Of a stretch of 64,000 nt of DNA, positions 35,401 through 47,377 are shown piece after piece. The stretch is from Macrostomum lignano (Eukaryota): contig NIVC01000759.1 in the NCBI GenBank assembly GCA_002269645.1, forward strand, positions 62,001-126,000, read 5' to 3'. The notes beneath the pieces are model-generated. The model had not been told where the DNA came from. It made no database searches and saw only the letters and a program-made list of their open reading frames with translations. The stretch's first letter is position 1. Each line of letters opens with the position of its first letter. Both the position numbers and the translations under genes were made by a program.

Positions 35401-36902
35401 CTTTCAAGGCAGGCTTTTTATTGGAGGCAGGTTTGAGAGGCTCATCTTCTATGATGACCTACCCGTTTTATTGATTGATTGACTTTTGCAGAGCCTTTTT
35501 AGTCTTAGTTTACTGAGTCCTACTCAGCTAGGTCGTCCTTGATTGAGACCCGCTTGCACCGCAGCTGATAGACCGGAGCTCACCTCTCAACTGCTGGATT
35601 AATGCCAGCGTCTCAGATAACTGGTGGCTTACCGAATTCCATATTCAGTTCTCCTTGCCAACCCCACAGGAACACGCGGGACAGTGTCTGGCATTCCCAC
35701 AGGAACACACGGGACAGTGTCTGGCATTCCCACAGGAACACACGGGACAGTGTCTGGCATTCCCACAGCCACAGGAACACACGGGACAGTGTCTGGCATT
35801 CCCACAGAAACACACGGGACAGTGTCTGGCATTCCCACAGGAACACACGGGACAGTGTCTGGCATTCCCACAGGAACACACGGGACAGTGTCTGGCATTC
35901 CCACAGAAACACACGGGACAGTGTCTGGCATTCCCACAGGAACACACGGGACAGTGTCTGGCATTCCCACAGGAACACACGGGACAGTGTCTGGCATTCC
36001 CACAGAAACACACGGGACAGTGTCTGGCATTCCCACAGGAACACACGGGACAGTGTCTGGCATTCCCACAGAAACACACGGGACAGTGTCTGGCATTCCC
36101 ACAGGAACACACGGGACAGTGTCTGGCATTCCCACAGGAACACACGGGACAGTGTCTGGCATTCCCACAGGAACACACGGGATTCCTAATGGGCAGATGT
36201 GCAACCGGCAGCTCAGCCGCAGCGATTGCGGGACTGGAGGGAGGGGGTCGCCACACGCAACCTCAATTTCCCCAGCGAATGCTGGCACCAATTTTACAGC
36301 TGGGTGCATTGAACTGAGCATCGCAGAGTTGAGTGTCTTACTCAAGGACACAAATTGTTCGGAGTGGATCGAGAATCGAACCCCCGACCTTTCAGTCATG
36401 AGTCCAACGCTCTAACCACTAGGCTAAAATTGTGCTGATTTTGGGGAAGCGACTATCGAATAGAGAAGATTCGAATGACGAAGAAACATTGTGAGAATTT
36501 TAGCAAGCCATACCCGGATCTCCCCCCGTCCTCGCTTCCCCAGCCCGGCGCTGGCAGAACGTCCGCCTGCGGATCCCTCGGCCGGTCCCGCCGTCAGGGC
36601 TGCCGCACTGCCGCCTGGCCAGCGTCAGCTACTCGCTGCTGTTCCGCGCCGAGGTCGAGGGCTGCGCCAAGGACCTCAACCTGCGGGTGCCACTCGTGGT
36701 GGGCGCCAGCCGTGGGGACGCGGAGCCCGAGGAGCCGCAGCCGGCTGCGGAGGCTGTCCACCGGCTCGTCCGGCGCTCCAGCAGCAACTTCCAGCCCATT
36801 GGCAGCACGGAGAAGCTGCGACCGAGCTCCGGGTATCAGCTGTTCGACCCCGCTGCTGACGGCGGCGCTGATATCCTCCATGCAGCCGACAGCCTCTACT
36901 GA
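32455..36902 (+). CDS. Alpha-arrestin (arrestin-domain-containing protein), 2 exons, 384 aa
   Basis: Exon 1 32455-33250 (G|gtaatc), exon 2 36544-36902 (cccag|CC). Motifs LTGRVLL, AGEHEFPFS.RLP..LPSTF.G..GSVAY, W..VRLRIP..VPPSGLPHC..VSYSL..PLVVG. Confidence 0.88.
33257..33371. repeat. 24-bp minisatellite GAGTGACTGGCTGAGCTGGTAGGG
   Basis: About 4.7 copies starting 6 bp into the arrestin intron; same unit as 40197-40980. Confidence 0.95.
34431..35105. mobile_element. hAT-Charlie-like non-autonomous element carrying a 36-bp tandem array and a CT-rich tract
   Basis: TIRs CAGGGGTCGGCAAACT (34431) and AGTTTGCCGAGCCCTG (ends 35105), 1 mismatch. Degenerate 8-bp flanks CTTCAAGT/CTCTAAGC; array at 34466-34770. 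Confidence 0.75.
35660..36182. repeat. 33-bp minisatellite CCCACAGGAACACACGGGACAGTGTCTGGCATT
   Basis: About 16 copies; abuts the tail of the SINE at 36185. Confidence 0.96.
36185..36426 (-). mobile_element. tRNA-derived SINE, family 1 (second copy)
   Basis: Reverse complement TAGCCTAGTGGTTAGAGCG...GGTTCGATTCTC...TGTGTCCTTGAGTAAGACAC...CAGCTGTAAAATTGG aligns with 30021-30290. Confidence 0.85.
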
Positions 36903-37671
36903 CCGGAGCTGACGGGCCCAAGCAGGACGCCGCACCGGAAATCCATGCAGTTTTTTGTCGCAGCCGATTTCTGATCCAAACTGTCTTAACCATTTTTTTC
37001 ATTTTTCAGCTTTTTAGGGTCAGCTGGTGCAAGTTGGTCTTTCTTTCCAACGTTGATTGACAGTTACTTAAGGCAGAATATTTATTCTCTATGCAAGCCG
37101 CAAGCTGAACAAGCTCAATCTGACTGCCAATCTTTCCAAAATCTGGTTAAGAATAACAGAAATTTAATTCTCACGAGTCAACCTCAACCATAAGCTGTGA
37201 TATGTAGGCTCAGAGTATCAAAAAATTACCTGCCGAAAAGTGGCATCGTTCATTCTGCAGTGCATCGGTTGTTTTTTTGATCTGCTTTCGCTAGTTTTTG
37301 CTATTAATTGTAGGCGATTCATATCTGTATTCCCCCCCCAGCTCCCATCATCGTGTGGCTGCGGGTGCCTCATCACCCTGCTCACTCAAGTGTGCTTGGT
37401 TATTATTATTAATGGAAAATATATACAGAGCATGAGCAGAATTTTCCCTTTGAGTGACAATAAAAGTCCCTATTAATATTCCTGATGAATGAAAAACTGA
37501 AGGCAGACACGGCGGCCTGAGTGCCGCTTTGCATCAGCTTGAGTCTGCCGGAAAAACAAAAGCTTTCAGCCGCTAGGAGGGGAGGTGAGAGACAGAGCGG
37601 GGGGGTTTTCTGGGACTCAGACTGGGATATGAATTGTTAGCTGTGTCTGAGAGATCTCAGATATTTGAATG

Positions 37672-37855
37672 GCACCACCGCTCAGCATGGGGAGAGTGCC
37701 ATTGCTCAGCATTGGGAGAGTGCCATTGCTCAGCATGGGGAAAGTGCCATTGCTCAGCATTGGGAGAGTGCCATTGCTTAGCATGGGGAAAGCACCACCG
37801 CTCAGCATTGGGAGAGTGCCATTGCTCAGCATGGGGAGAGTGCCATTGCTCAGCT
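37672..37855. repeat. 24-bp minisatellite GTGCCATTGCTCAGCAT(G/T)GGGAGA
   Basis: About 7.5 copies. Confidence 0.92.
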
Positions 37856-38323
37856 ACAATGTTCCCCTATGGGGCCCCCATAGCTGGGGTAAAGACTGCA
37901 GTTCTCAAAGTACTTTTATTTTCCGTGAGCGGTTGACCGGGCAACGCCGCCTCCGCAAGCAGCTCCGCCTTCGCATTGAGAGCCGGGGTGGAGACCCAAA
38001 ACTCCAGGATGTGTGGGGGCGTGCAGAATGCGGCTTATTTAATTCCTGATCAGTGCGGGTCTTCCTCAGCTGGGCTCTCAGTTCTTTTTCTGAAGCTACT
38101 TCAATAGTAAGATTATTTATAGCCGAGTTTCACAAGGCGGATTAAATCAGACAGAGTTTACCAACACCATAGCCTGAGTTCCGAGCGTCCGCGGGTTTCT
38201 TTGAAGCCTTTTAAAGAAATGCAATTTAAAGAGAATCTTCAGCAAGGAAATTGTAGTAGATTTTGTTCCATGTGCGTTGCTTTTAAGACAAAATTTGAGC
38301 TTTCGATGCTTTTGAGCTACGAT

Positions 38324-39328
38324 AACAGACAGCTCCGGTCTCAGACAGCTCCGGTCACAGACAGCTCCGGTCTCAGACAGCTCCGGTCTCAGACAGCTCC
38401 GGTCTCAGACAGCTCCGGTCACAGACAGCTCCGGTCACAGACAGCTCCGGTCACAGACAGCTCCGGTCTCAGACAGCTCCGGTCTCAGACAGCTCCGGTC
38501 ACAGACAGCTCCGGTCACAGACAGCTCTGGTCACAGACAGCTCCGGTCACAGACAGCTCCGGTCACAGACAGCTCCGGTCTCAGACAGCTCCGGTCTCAG
38601 ACAGCTCCGGTCTCAGACAGTTCCGGTCTCAGACAGCTCTGGTCACAGACAGCTCCGGTCACAGACAGCTCCGGTCTCAGACAGCTCCGGTCACAGACAG
38701 CTCCGGTCTCAGACAGCTCCGGTCTCAGACAGCTCCGGTCACAGACAGCTCCGGTCTCAGACAGCTCCGGTCACAGACAGCTCCGGTCACAGACAGCTCC
38801 GGTCACAGACAGCTCCGGTCTCAGACAGCTCCGGTCACAGACAGCTCCGGTCACAGACAGCTTTGGTCACAGACAGCTCCGGTCTCAGACAGCTCCGGTC
38901 ACAGACAGCTCCGGTCTCAGACAGCTCCGGTCACAGACAGCTCCGGTCACAGACAGCTCCGGTCTCAGACAGCTCCGGTCACAGACAGCTCCGGTCACAG
39001 ACAGCTCCGATCACAGACAGCTCCGGTCTCAGACAGCTCCGGTCACAGACAGCTCCGGTCACAGACAGCTCCGGTCACAGACAGCTCCGGTCACAGACAG
39101 CTCCGGTCTCAGACAGCTCCGGTCACAGACAGCTCCGGTCTCAGACAGCTCCGGTCTCAGACAGCTCCGGTCACAGACAGCTCCGGTCTCAGACAGCTCC
39201 GATCACAGACAGCTCCGATCACAGACAGCTCCGGTCACAGACAGCTCCGGTCACAGACAGCTCCGGTCACAGACAGCTCCGGTCACAGACAGCTCCGGTC
39301 ACAGACAGCTCCGGTCACAGACAGCTCC
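38324..39328. repeat. 16-bp minisatellite CAGACAGCTCCGGTC(A/T)
   Basis: About 62 copies. Confidence 0.97.
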
Positions 39329-40037
39329 CGCTCAAGCTGCAGGTCGCTGTCAAGCAGTTCCTAAAGTACAAAAGGACCTCCCTTGAGTTTGGTGAGAGAA
39401 TATTCCGGCCACGCGGGAGCTCTTTTGATGAAGGCATTCAGGATGATTTTGCGTTCGCCAGTGAGTCGATCGATGGGCCCTGAACAAAGAGAAAGCTCAG
39501 GAGCCGAAAGCCAGTGATGATCGGGGCAGGCAGTTGCCGAGTTCGCAAAACCCGGAACGCTCAGCTGATCGATTCGGCAGCGAGGGCGGGAAGAAATGCG
39601 AGCTCCTGCCGTTTCCTGGCGTTTGCTTTCGAGTTGGCAGCTGGGAGCAGGCTGAGTAAAGGGGCAGTGGGTGAAGGATGGGGGGCAGCCAAGCAAGCCA
39701 GCAAGCCAAGCTGCAACGGGTTTCCTCCGCAGCTAATGTCAGACAGTTAATGCGTTGGCCAAGGACTGCCTCTCAAATTGCCCGTATAATTTAATCAACA
39801 AAAGTTAATCAGAGTTGCGGAGGAGGCAGGCAGCCAGGGGCGGGGCGGGGCGGAGCGGATGAGTGCAGAGTATGAAAACAACACGGAGGACAGGGCAGAG
39901 AGTGCTGACAACAGCTAATATTGTATGTACAGAGCCGGCTGCGCCTCAGCTCTCTCTGCTGCACCCTTGGCCCGGCTCAGGCCCAAGTGCTGCAGGGTTG
40001 GCACCCAGCTAAACTCGGTGGGTGAGCGGCGACACCG

Positions 40038-43000
40038 TCAGTTCTCCAGAAAGCCGGCCTCCATCTCTCCCAGGATGTAATGGATGGTCTTGGCGTAGAT
40101 CTCGGCGATGCTGTCGTTGTACCGGTCCTCCAGGGTCAGCTTCACGGCCTCCAGGAACGGCTGCTCCATCGCCTGCGGTTGGAAAGGAGCGTGGGGGAGT
40201 GACTGGCTGAGCTGGTAGGGGAGTGACTGGCTGAGCTGGTAGGGGAGTGACTGGCTGAGCTGGTAGGGGAGTGACTGGCTGAGCTGGTAGGGGAGTGACT
40301 GGCTGAGCTGGTAGGGGAGTGACTGGCTGAGCTGGTAGGGGAGTGACTGGCTGAGCTGGTAGGGGAGTGACTGGCTGAGCTGGTAGGGGATTTACTGGCT
40401 GAGCTGGTATGGGAGTGACTGGCTGAGCTGGTAGGGGAGTGACTGGCTGAGCTGGTAGGGGATTTACTGGCTGAGCTGGTAGAGGAGTGACTGGCTGAGC
40501 TGGTAGGGGATTTACTGGCTGAGCTGGTAGGGGAGTGACTGGCTGAGCTGGTATGGGAGTGACTGGCTGAGCTGGTAGGGGAGTGACTGGCTGAGCTGGT
40601 AGGGGAGTGACTGGCTGAGCTGGTAGAGGAGTGACTGGCTGAGCTGGTAGGGGAGTGACTGGCTGAGCTGGTAGGGGAGTGACTGGCTGAGCTGGTAGAG
40701 GAGTGACTGGCTGAGCTGGTAGGGGAGTGACTGGCTGAGCTGGTAGGGGAGTGACTGGCTGAGCTGGTAGGGGAATGACTGGCTGAGCTGGTAGGGGAGT
40801 GACTGGCTGAGCTGGTATGGGAGTGACTGGCTGAGCTGGTAGGGGAGTGACTGGCTGAGCTGGTAGGGGAGTGACTGGCTGAGCTGGTAGGGGAGTGACT
40901 GGCTGAGCTGGTAGGGGAGTGACTGGCTGAGCTGGTATGGGAGTGACTGGCTGAGCTGGTAGGTGAGTGACTGGCTGACTGAGGATCCGAGCTTCTCCGT
41001 GCTTGCCCAAACCGCTCGCTCTCCTCATCCCAGAATCCCAGCCGCCACATCGGGAAATTCTCAGGGAATCAGCTGCGGTTTTCAGCGGTGCATTAAGTGG
41101 TCTCCCGGCCGCCATCGACCCAAGCCAGCCTGTCCACTGGCAGTTGCAGTCCCCAGACAGACAGGCATATTTTCCGCTCGAGTGGCAGCGCAGACCAAGA
41201 GGAAACGGACGGGCCGGGCGGCACACGAGAGAGTGACCGCCTGAGGGCACTCGGTGCTCAACAGAGAAACCGGACACGCGATAGCGGCTGGCCTTTCCTG
41301 CCTGACAATTTCTTTCTCATTTTCTGTCTCTCTGCCCTGCCTCCCGGGAGTCTGCTGGGTTGAGCAGATCGGGCGAACCTTCCAATCCCTTGGTTTGGGG
41401 AGGGGGAAATTTTTGTTTGATGAGGCCGCGACAGGAGGCTGGCCAATCAGGGTGCCAACATGACAGGAAGGCAGGAAGAAGCTTGACTGCTGCGATTCCG
41501 CATCGTGTGGGTGGATACCGCTGGTCTGTCTAGGAATTGGGAGTCGGAATTCGTTGTACATGCATGAGTTGCTTCTGCACTTTTACTCACTGACTGTATC
41601 AGGATTTCTCTTAGTCTAAGTGGATTAATCACGGTCTTAATAGGTTGCTCATACACGATAGGGTTGCTCATACACTAGCTAGATTGGTCATGCACTAGCT
41701 AGATTGGTCATACACTAGCTAGATTGGTCATACACTAGCTAGATTGGTCATACACTAACTATACGTAGATTGGTCATACACTAGCTAGATTGGTCATACA
41801 CTAGCTAGATTGGTCATACACTAGCTAGATTTCTCATACACTAGCTAGATTGGTCATACATTAGCTAGATTGGTCATACACTAGCTAGATTGGTCATACA
41901 CTAGCTAGATTGGTCATACACTAACTACATGTAGATTGGTCATACACTAGCTAGATTGGTCATACACTAGCTAGATTGGTCATACACTAGCTAGATTGGT
42001 CATACACTAGCTAGATTTCTCATACACTAGCTAGATTGGTCATACATTAGCTAGATTGGTCATACACTAGCTAGATTGGTCATACACTAGCTAGTTAGGT
42101 CATACACTAGCTAGGTTGGACATACACTAGCTTTGATCAAATGTAGCAGCTATGAGTGTGAGCTGTTCACAAGCAGGCTCAGAGTGCAGTTTACTATTTC
42201 TACATCTACATCGCTCAGAATCTTGAATTAGGTCAAGTTGCGCTCACACTGGCCAAATAGCTTGCCTACTGTAAGCCCCAGGAGTTTTGCAACTTCAGTC
42301 CGCATCCTCCCAAAGCGCTATAAAAGTACATTTCAGGTTGAGAGAGCAGATTTCGCAAGCAGCCGCGCGGCGATGTCGGAGCCAGGATCAGCCGCGGCCA
42401 GCAGCCGTCAGTCAGCTGCAGCGTTTCCCACTCGCCCAGCCTCCTCCGGCGGGAACAGCGCCAGGAATGAGCCGTCTCTGCCCTCCCGCCCTGCTCCCTC
42501 TCCCCACCCCCTGCTTCCCGTCCGCAGCCAGCCGGAACTGCCCTCAGTGGGAATCTGCGGAATTCACCGGCTCCCCGCTGCCGGCGGGACACGCAGAGTG
42601 CTCACCAGCTACGCTCAACAACGGAGTCCTAACGGATTCTGGTTCTGAATCGGGACAATAGCCTCTTCATAGCTATTAATATTTTTAGGAAATTTTCTGA
42701 CATTTTCTGTCAAATCGCATGTAAAAGTATAGTGTCATAACTTGTCTAAATACATGAAAATATCACTTCTAAATTTGTCTATGGCCGAATTCCACAGACC
42801 CCCTTTTGAGCCATAGACAATATAACATTAACATCTCCAGGGCAGACAAGCTTTGCACACCGAATCAACGAATGGTCTTTTGGCCATAGACATTCTCAGC
42901 CTCAACACGCCTTCCCATTCACAGAATGCATGAAGCATCTTAAGGTCACTGCTACAGAGTCACGCACTTCTTTTATTCTACTCTACTTTCTCCCTCTCTA

Positions 43001-46000
43001 GGCTGCTACGAGATAGCAACCGGTTGGCCAATATTGACACTAGCGAGGCCGTGTTGCGTATAAAAAATCTAGTGAACTCAGGCACGGCTTTGGGGGGGGG
43101 AGCTGGGGGATGGCAGAGAAAGGATTTTCCAACCGTTATCTTTCGCTTCATCTCCTCGCCCCATCTCCGGGCTGTCGTGTCTATAGAGGCAACTGGGGAT
43201 TATCAAGTCCATCCTTATCAGTTCCCCCTTTCACTTTTATCTCCGGAGCTGCTCCCGCTGCTCGCCCCCCCCCCGAATCCGCTCAAATCATCAGTCCTTT
43301 GATGTTCCATGCAGCCTCCCTTCGGCCTGTCTGCTCTGGTGTTCGAACAGTTTCTTTGTTCGCTTTATCCTGTGTTCACCCCGGTGGCGATAGGGGTTTC
43401 ACGATTTTGTCTTCCTCTTGCAGTCTGCCTTTCCTACAGTTTACCCTAGTCTGCAGTCTGCCTCTGTCTGCATTCTGCCTCTGTCTGCAGTCTGCCTCTG
43501 TCTGCAGTCTGCCTCTGTCTGCAGTCTGCCTCTGTCTGCAATCTGCCTCTGTCTGCAATCTGCCTCTGTCTGCAGTCTGCCTCTGTCTGCAGTCTGCCTC
43601 TGTCTGCAGTCTGCCTCTGTCTGCATTCTGCCTCTGTCTGCAGTCTGCCTCTGTCTGCAGTCTGCCTCTGTCTGCAGTCTGCCTCTGTCTGCAGTCTGCC
43701 TCTGTCTGCAGTCTGCCTCTGTCTGCAGTCTGCCTCTGTCTGCAGTCTGCCTCTGTCTGCAGTCTGCCTCTGTCTGCAGTCTGCCTCTGTCTGCAGTCTG
43801 CCTCTGTCTGCAGTCTGCCTCTGTCTGCAGTCTGCCTCTGTCTGCAGTCTGCCTCTGTCTGCAGTCTGCCTCTGTCTGCAGTCTGCCTCTGTCTGCAGTC
43901 TGCCTCTGTCTGCAGTCTGCCTCTGTCTGCAGTCTGCCTCTGTCTGCAGTCTGCCTCTGTCTGCAGTCTGCCTCTGTCTGCAGTCTGCCTCTGTCTGCAG
44001 TCTGCCCCTTGGCCGCAGTCTGCCCCTTGGCCGCAGTCTGCCCCTTGGCCGCAGTCTGCCCCTTGGCCGCAGTCTGCCCCTTGGCCGCAGTCTGCCCCTT
44101 GGCCGCAGTCTGCCCCTTGGCCGCAGTCTGCCCCTTGGCCGCAGTCTGCCCCTTGGCCGCAGTCTGCCCCTTGGCCGCAGTCTGCCCCTTGGCCGCAGTC
44201 TGCCCCTTGGCCGCAGTCTGCCCCTTGGCCGCAGTCTGCCCCTTGGCCGCAGTCTGGCTGCCCGAACTCACCCAGAACAGCTTGGCGTAAAATCCAGCAA
44301 ATTTCTGATGCGTGGCGGCGGCCCGCCGGACCCGCTGCCGCGTCACCTCCATGTTGTCGATGTTGAGGATGGCCTCGTCCAGGATGCCCATCACCAGCTC
44401 GCCGTGCAGCGCCAGCTCGCCGTTCTCGCGAATATTGTCGCTGAGCTCGAGGTGGCTGAACTTCACAAACATTGCCTGCAGGTCTTTGTTTGTGCGGAAT
44501 AAGCTGAAATCGGGGAGGGTGGGGGTTTCTTAGAAATCTTCGATTGAACAAAGGATTTCGTCTGTCTGACGGACCGCGCATTTCCTCCGCAGTGGGAAAG
44601 TTGCTTGGATGCGACAGGCAGCCCCCTCCCCCCCCCCCAAGAGCCGCAAGTCAGAGTGGCAAAGGAAGTCGAATCCGCCGCCCCCAGAGAAACAGGAATT
44701 CGAAATTCGTACTTTTCCGGTCCATTTCTCCACTTTGGCTGCGCCTCGCACACGGCTGGTGCTGCCGCATACGGGCGGAGGTCATGGGACCCCCTTCCCC
44801 CCGGTGCAGCTGGCATTCAACCTCCCCCCTCCAGTCTCCAGCGCCAGTCCTGCCACACAGCCTGCACCGCAGCTAATTTGCAGGGAATTTCGTCCTTCGC
44901 TGGCGGCTGGAAGGCCGGAGCTGACTGATAAGCGGCTGTCAACGGAATTCCATTAATATTTTACAATTGTTGCCAGCGCGTGAGCAGCATGCAGAGTTCA
45001 CAGGGACAGGTGAAGGCCAAGCATCTTCACCTACGCGACACTGCTGAGAACCTCTCTCTCGCTGAAGTCACAACTTTTTTCTGCAAAACATTTTTTCTGT
45101 TCTGATTACTTCAGAGGCCCAATTACGCGAATTTTATTTGTGCCTTCTGAGCTGCGCCGTCGGTGAGTTGAAATTGCAGAAATGAGGGAAAATCCTGAGC
45201 GAACCCGGCCTGACTCAGGGCAGCTCGACAGGCACTCAGACTCGGGCCCCGCCGAAACTAATGAGTCACGCCTGACCGAGCTGACTGAGCTCCCTCTCTG
45301 ACTGCCGAGACTCCCCTAGGAGATTTTCAGATCCTGCTTGAGAAGTTTTGCTCCATCTGAGTTCGGCAGGCAGGCACCAAGACGGCCAAGAGTGCAGAGC
45401 ATTGCGTCAACTCCTTGCCAGCTCATTAATTATTAATGCGGTACTCAAAGTGATGCTTTTATAATGATGAGGCTACACTATGCAGTAGAACTCTATCATT
45501 GTCGCCAAAAAATTGACGCTGTGTGCACCTGCAAGACATCAGTGGGGTAGCAATTTGGCCTGCAGGCGGGCGGGCGGGCGGGCAGCGAGGGGAAGAGCAG
45601 GGAGCCAGGGAGAAGGAGGCTGCAGTCGCAATGCATGCAGGCCCTCCCGCAACGCGTTTTATTGCACCCTCCAGCTTGCCTGAGCTGCAGCCGCCCTGTG
45701 GGAGCAGCCATCCAGCTTGAGTAGTCAGTAGAGTGGGAAGTTTGCTGTAGAAACAAGCGGCTTGCCTGACTCCCCTAGGAATGCAACTGATATTGACATT
45801 CGGGATGTAGAAAGGGGGGAAAGCTCCCTTGCTTCGCGCAGCAGTCTCTAAGGAGCGGATGCTCTTCACTTCTCTTCTCTATCCGTCGCTTAGCCATTGC
45901 GGCTGCATGGTAATTCCAAAGCTCGGCTATGCTGTGCTCAGCCGCGAGTCAGATCCCAGATGCCTGCTGACACCGGCATAGCCAGACAGGATTTATAATG

Positions 46001-47377
46001 GATTAAAATCTACGAATGGGACTCAAGAGGTGCTTTGCCGTTCTTGTCAGTTGGAGCACATTTTGCTATGACAGGCCAAATGGTTTTTTTGAGGGAGAGG
46101 AGACGCTTATCAATCTGCGACTGGGAAAATCTGCACTTTGGAACTGCAAAATCTGAGACAGGAGCTGTGGGTTCCTGAGAAAACTGGGACGATGAAACTA
46201 TGAGCAAATGAATGAGGCACTGACTGAATGAGGCACTGACTGAATGAGGCTCTGACTGAATGAGGAACTGACTGAATGAGGCTCTGACTGAATGAAGAAC
46301 TGACTGAAAGAGGCACTGACTGAATGAGGCTCTGACTGAATGAGGCACTGACTGAATGAGGCTCTGACTGAATGAGGCTCTGACTTAATGAGGCACTGAC
46401 TGAATGAGACACTGACTGAATGAGGCTCTGACTGAATGAGGCACTGACTGAATGAGGCACTGACTGAATGAGGCACTGACTGAATGAGGCACTGACTGAA
46501 TGAGGCACTGACTGAATGAGGCTCTGACTGAATGAGGAACTGACTGAATGAGGCTCTGACTGAATGAAGAACTGACTGAAAGAGGCACTGACTGAATGAG
46601 GCTCTGACTGAATGAGGCACTGACTGAATGAGGCTCTGACTGAATGAGGCTCTGACTTAATGAGGCACTGACTGAATGAGACACTGACTGAATGAGGCTC
46701 TGACTGAATGAGGCACTGACTGAATGAAGAACTGACTGAATGAGGCACTGACTGAATGGGGCACTGACTGAATGAAGAACTGACTGAATGAGGCACTGAC
46801 TGAATGAGGCTCTGACTGAAAGAGGCACTGACTGAATGAGGCTCTGACTGAAAGAGGCACTGACTGAATGAAGAACTGACTGAATGAGGCACTGACTGAA
46901 TGAGGCTCTGACTGAATGAGGCACTGACTGAATGAAGAACTGACTGAATGAGGCACTGACTGAAAGAGGCACTGACTGAATGAGGCACTGACTGAATGAA
47001 GAACTGACTGAATGAGGCACTGACTGAATGAGGCTCTGACTGAAAGAGGCACTGACTGAATGAGGCTCTGACTGAAAGAGGCACTGACTGAATGAGGCAC
47101 TGACTGACAGAGTACCAACACACCTGATGAACATTTCCACTCCTGTGTCGGACACTTTCCGGTGAACAGCTTTCCAAGAAGTCTTCAGCTTGTAGACCTC
47201 GCGCTCAGTGAGCCCCAGCTTTGGGTCAGCCTCCTTCTTGGCCTCTGCCTGCTGCTGTCCGCTCGCTGAGCCGTCAGCCTCGGCGCCAGCATCGGCAGCG
47301 TAGGGGCACTGCCTCGGCTGGCGCTTGTCGCTGAATCGCACGGAGCCCAGACGGCCCTTGAACTGAGTGCAGCCCAT
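40038..47377 (-). CDS. Globin X-like globin with N-terminal extension starting MGC, 3 exons, 206 aa
   Basis: Exons 47124-47377, 44272-44503, 40038-40172 splice in frame. A12 Trp (KTSWK), B10 Phe, CD1 Phe (AMFVKF), E7 His (LALHG), F8 His (AATHQKF). Introns at B12.2 and G7.0. Confidence 0.92.
40197..40980. repeat. 24-bp minisatellite GAGTGACTGGCTGAGCTGGTAGGG
   Basis: About 33 copies ending ~25 bp from the acceptor of globin exon 3. Confidence 0.97.
41668..42132. repeat. 20-bp minisatellite TACACTAGCTAGATTGGTCA
   Basis: About 23 copies; variant units recur as a duplicated block. Confidence 0.96.
43450..44255. repeat. Compound minisatellite: 17-bp GCAGTCTGCCTCTGTCT then 18-bp GCAGTCTGCCCCTTGGCC
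   Basis: Abrupt unit switch at ~44000; starts ~16 bp from the globin exon 2 donor. Confidence 0.97.
46210..47108. repeat. 16/17-bp minisatellite ACTGACTGAATGAGGC / TCTGACTGAATGAGGC
   Basis: Starts ~15 bp from the globin exon 1 donor. Confidence 0.96.

Noticed and set aside
35660-36182. Regular 33-bp repeats suggesting a CRISPR array
   Set aside because: Units are head-to-tail with no unique spacers, there are no cas genes, and the context is eukaryotic.
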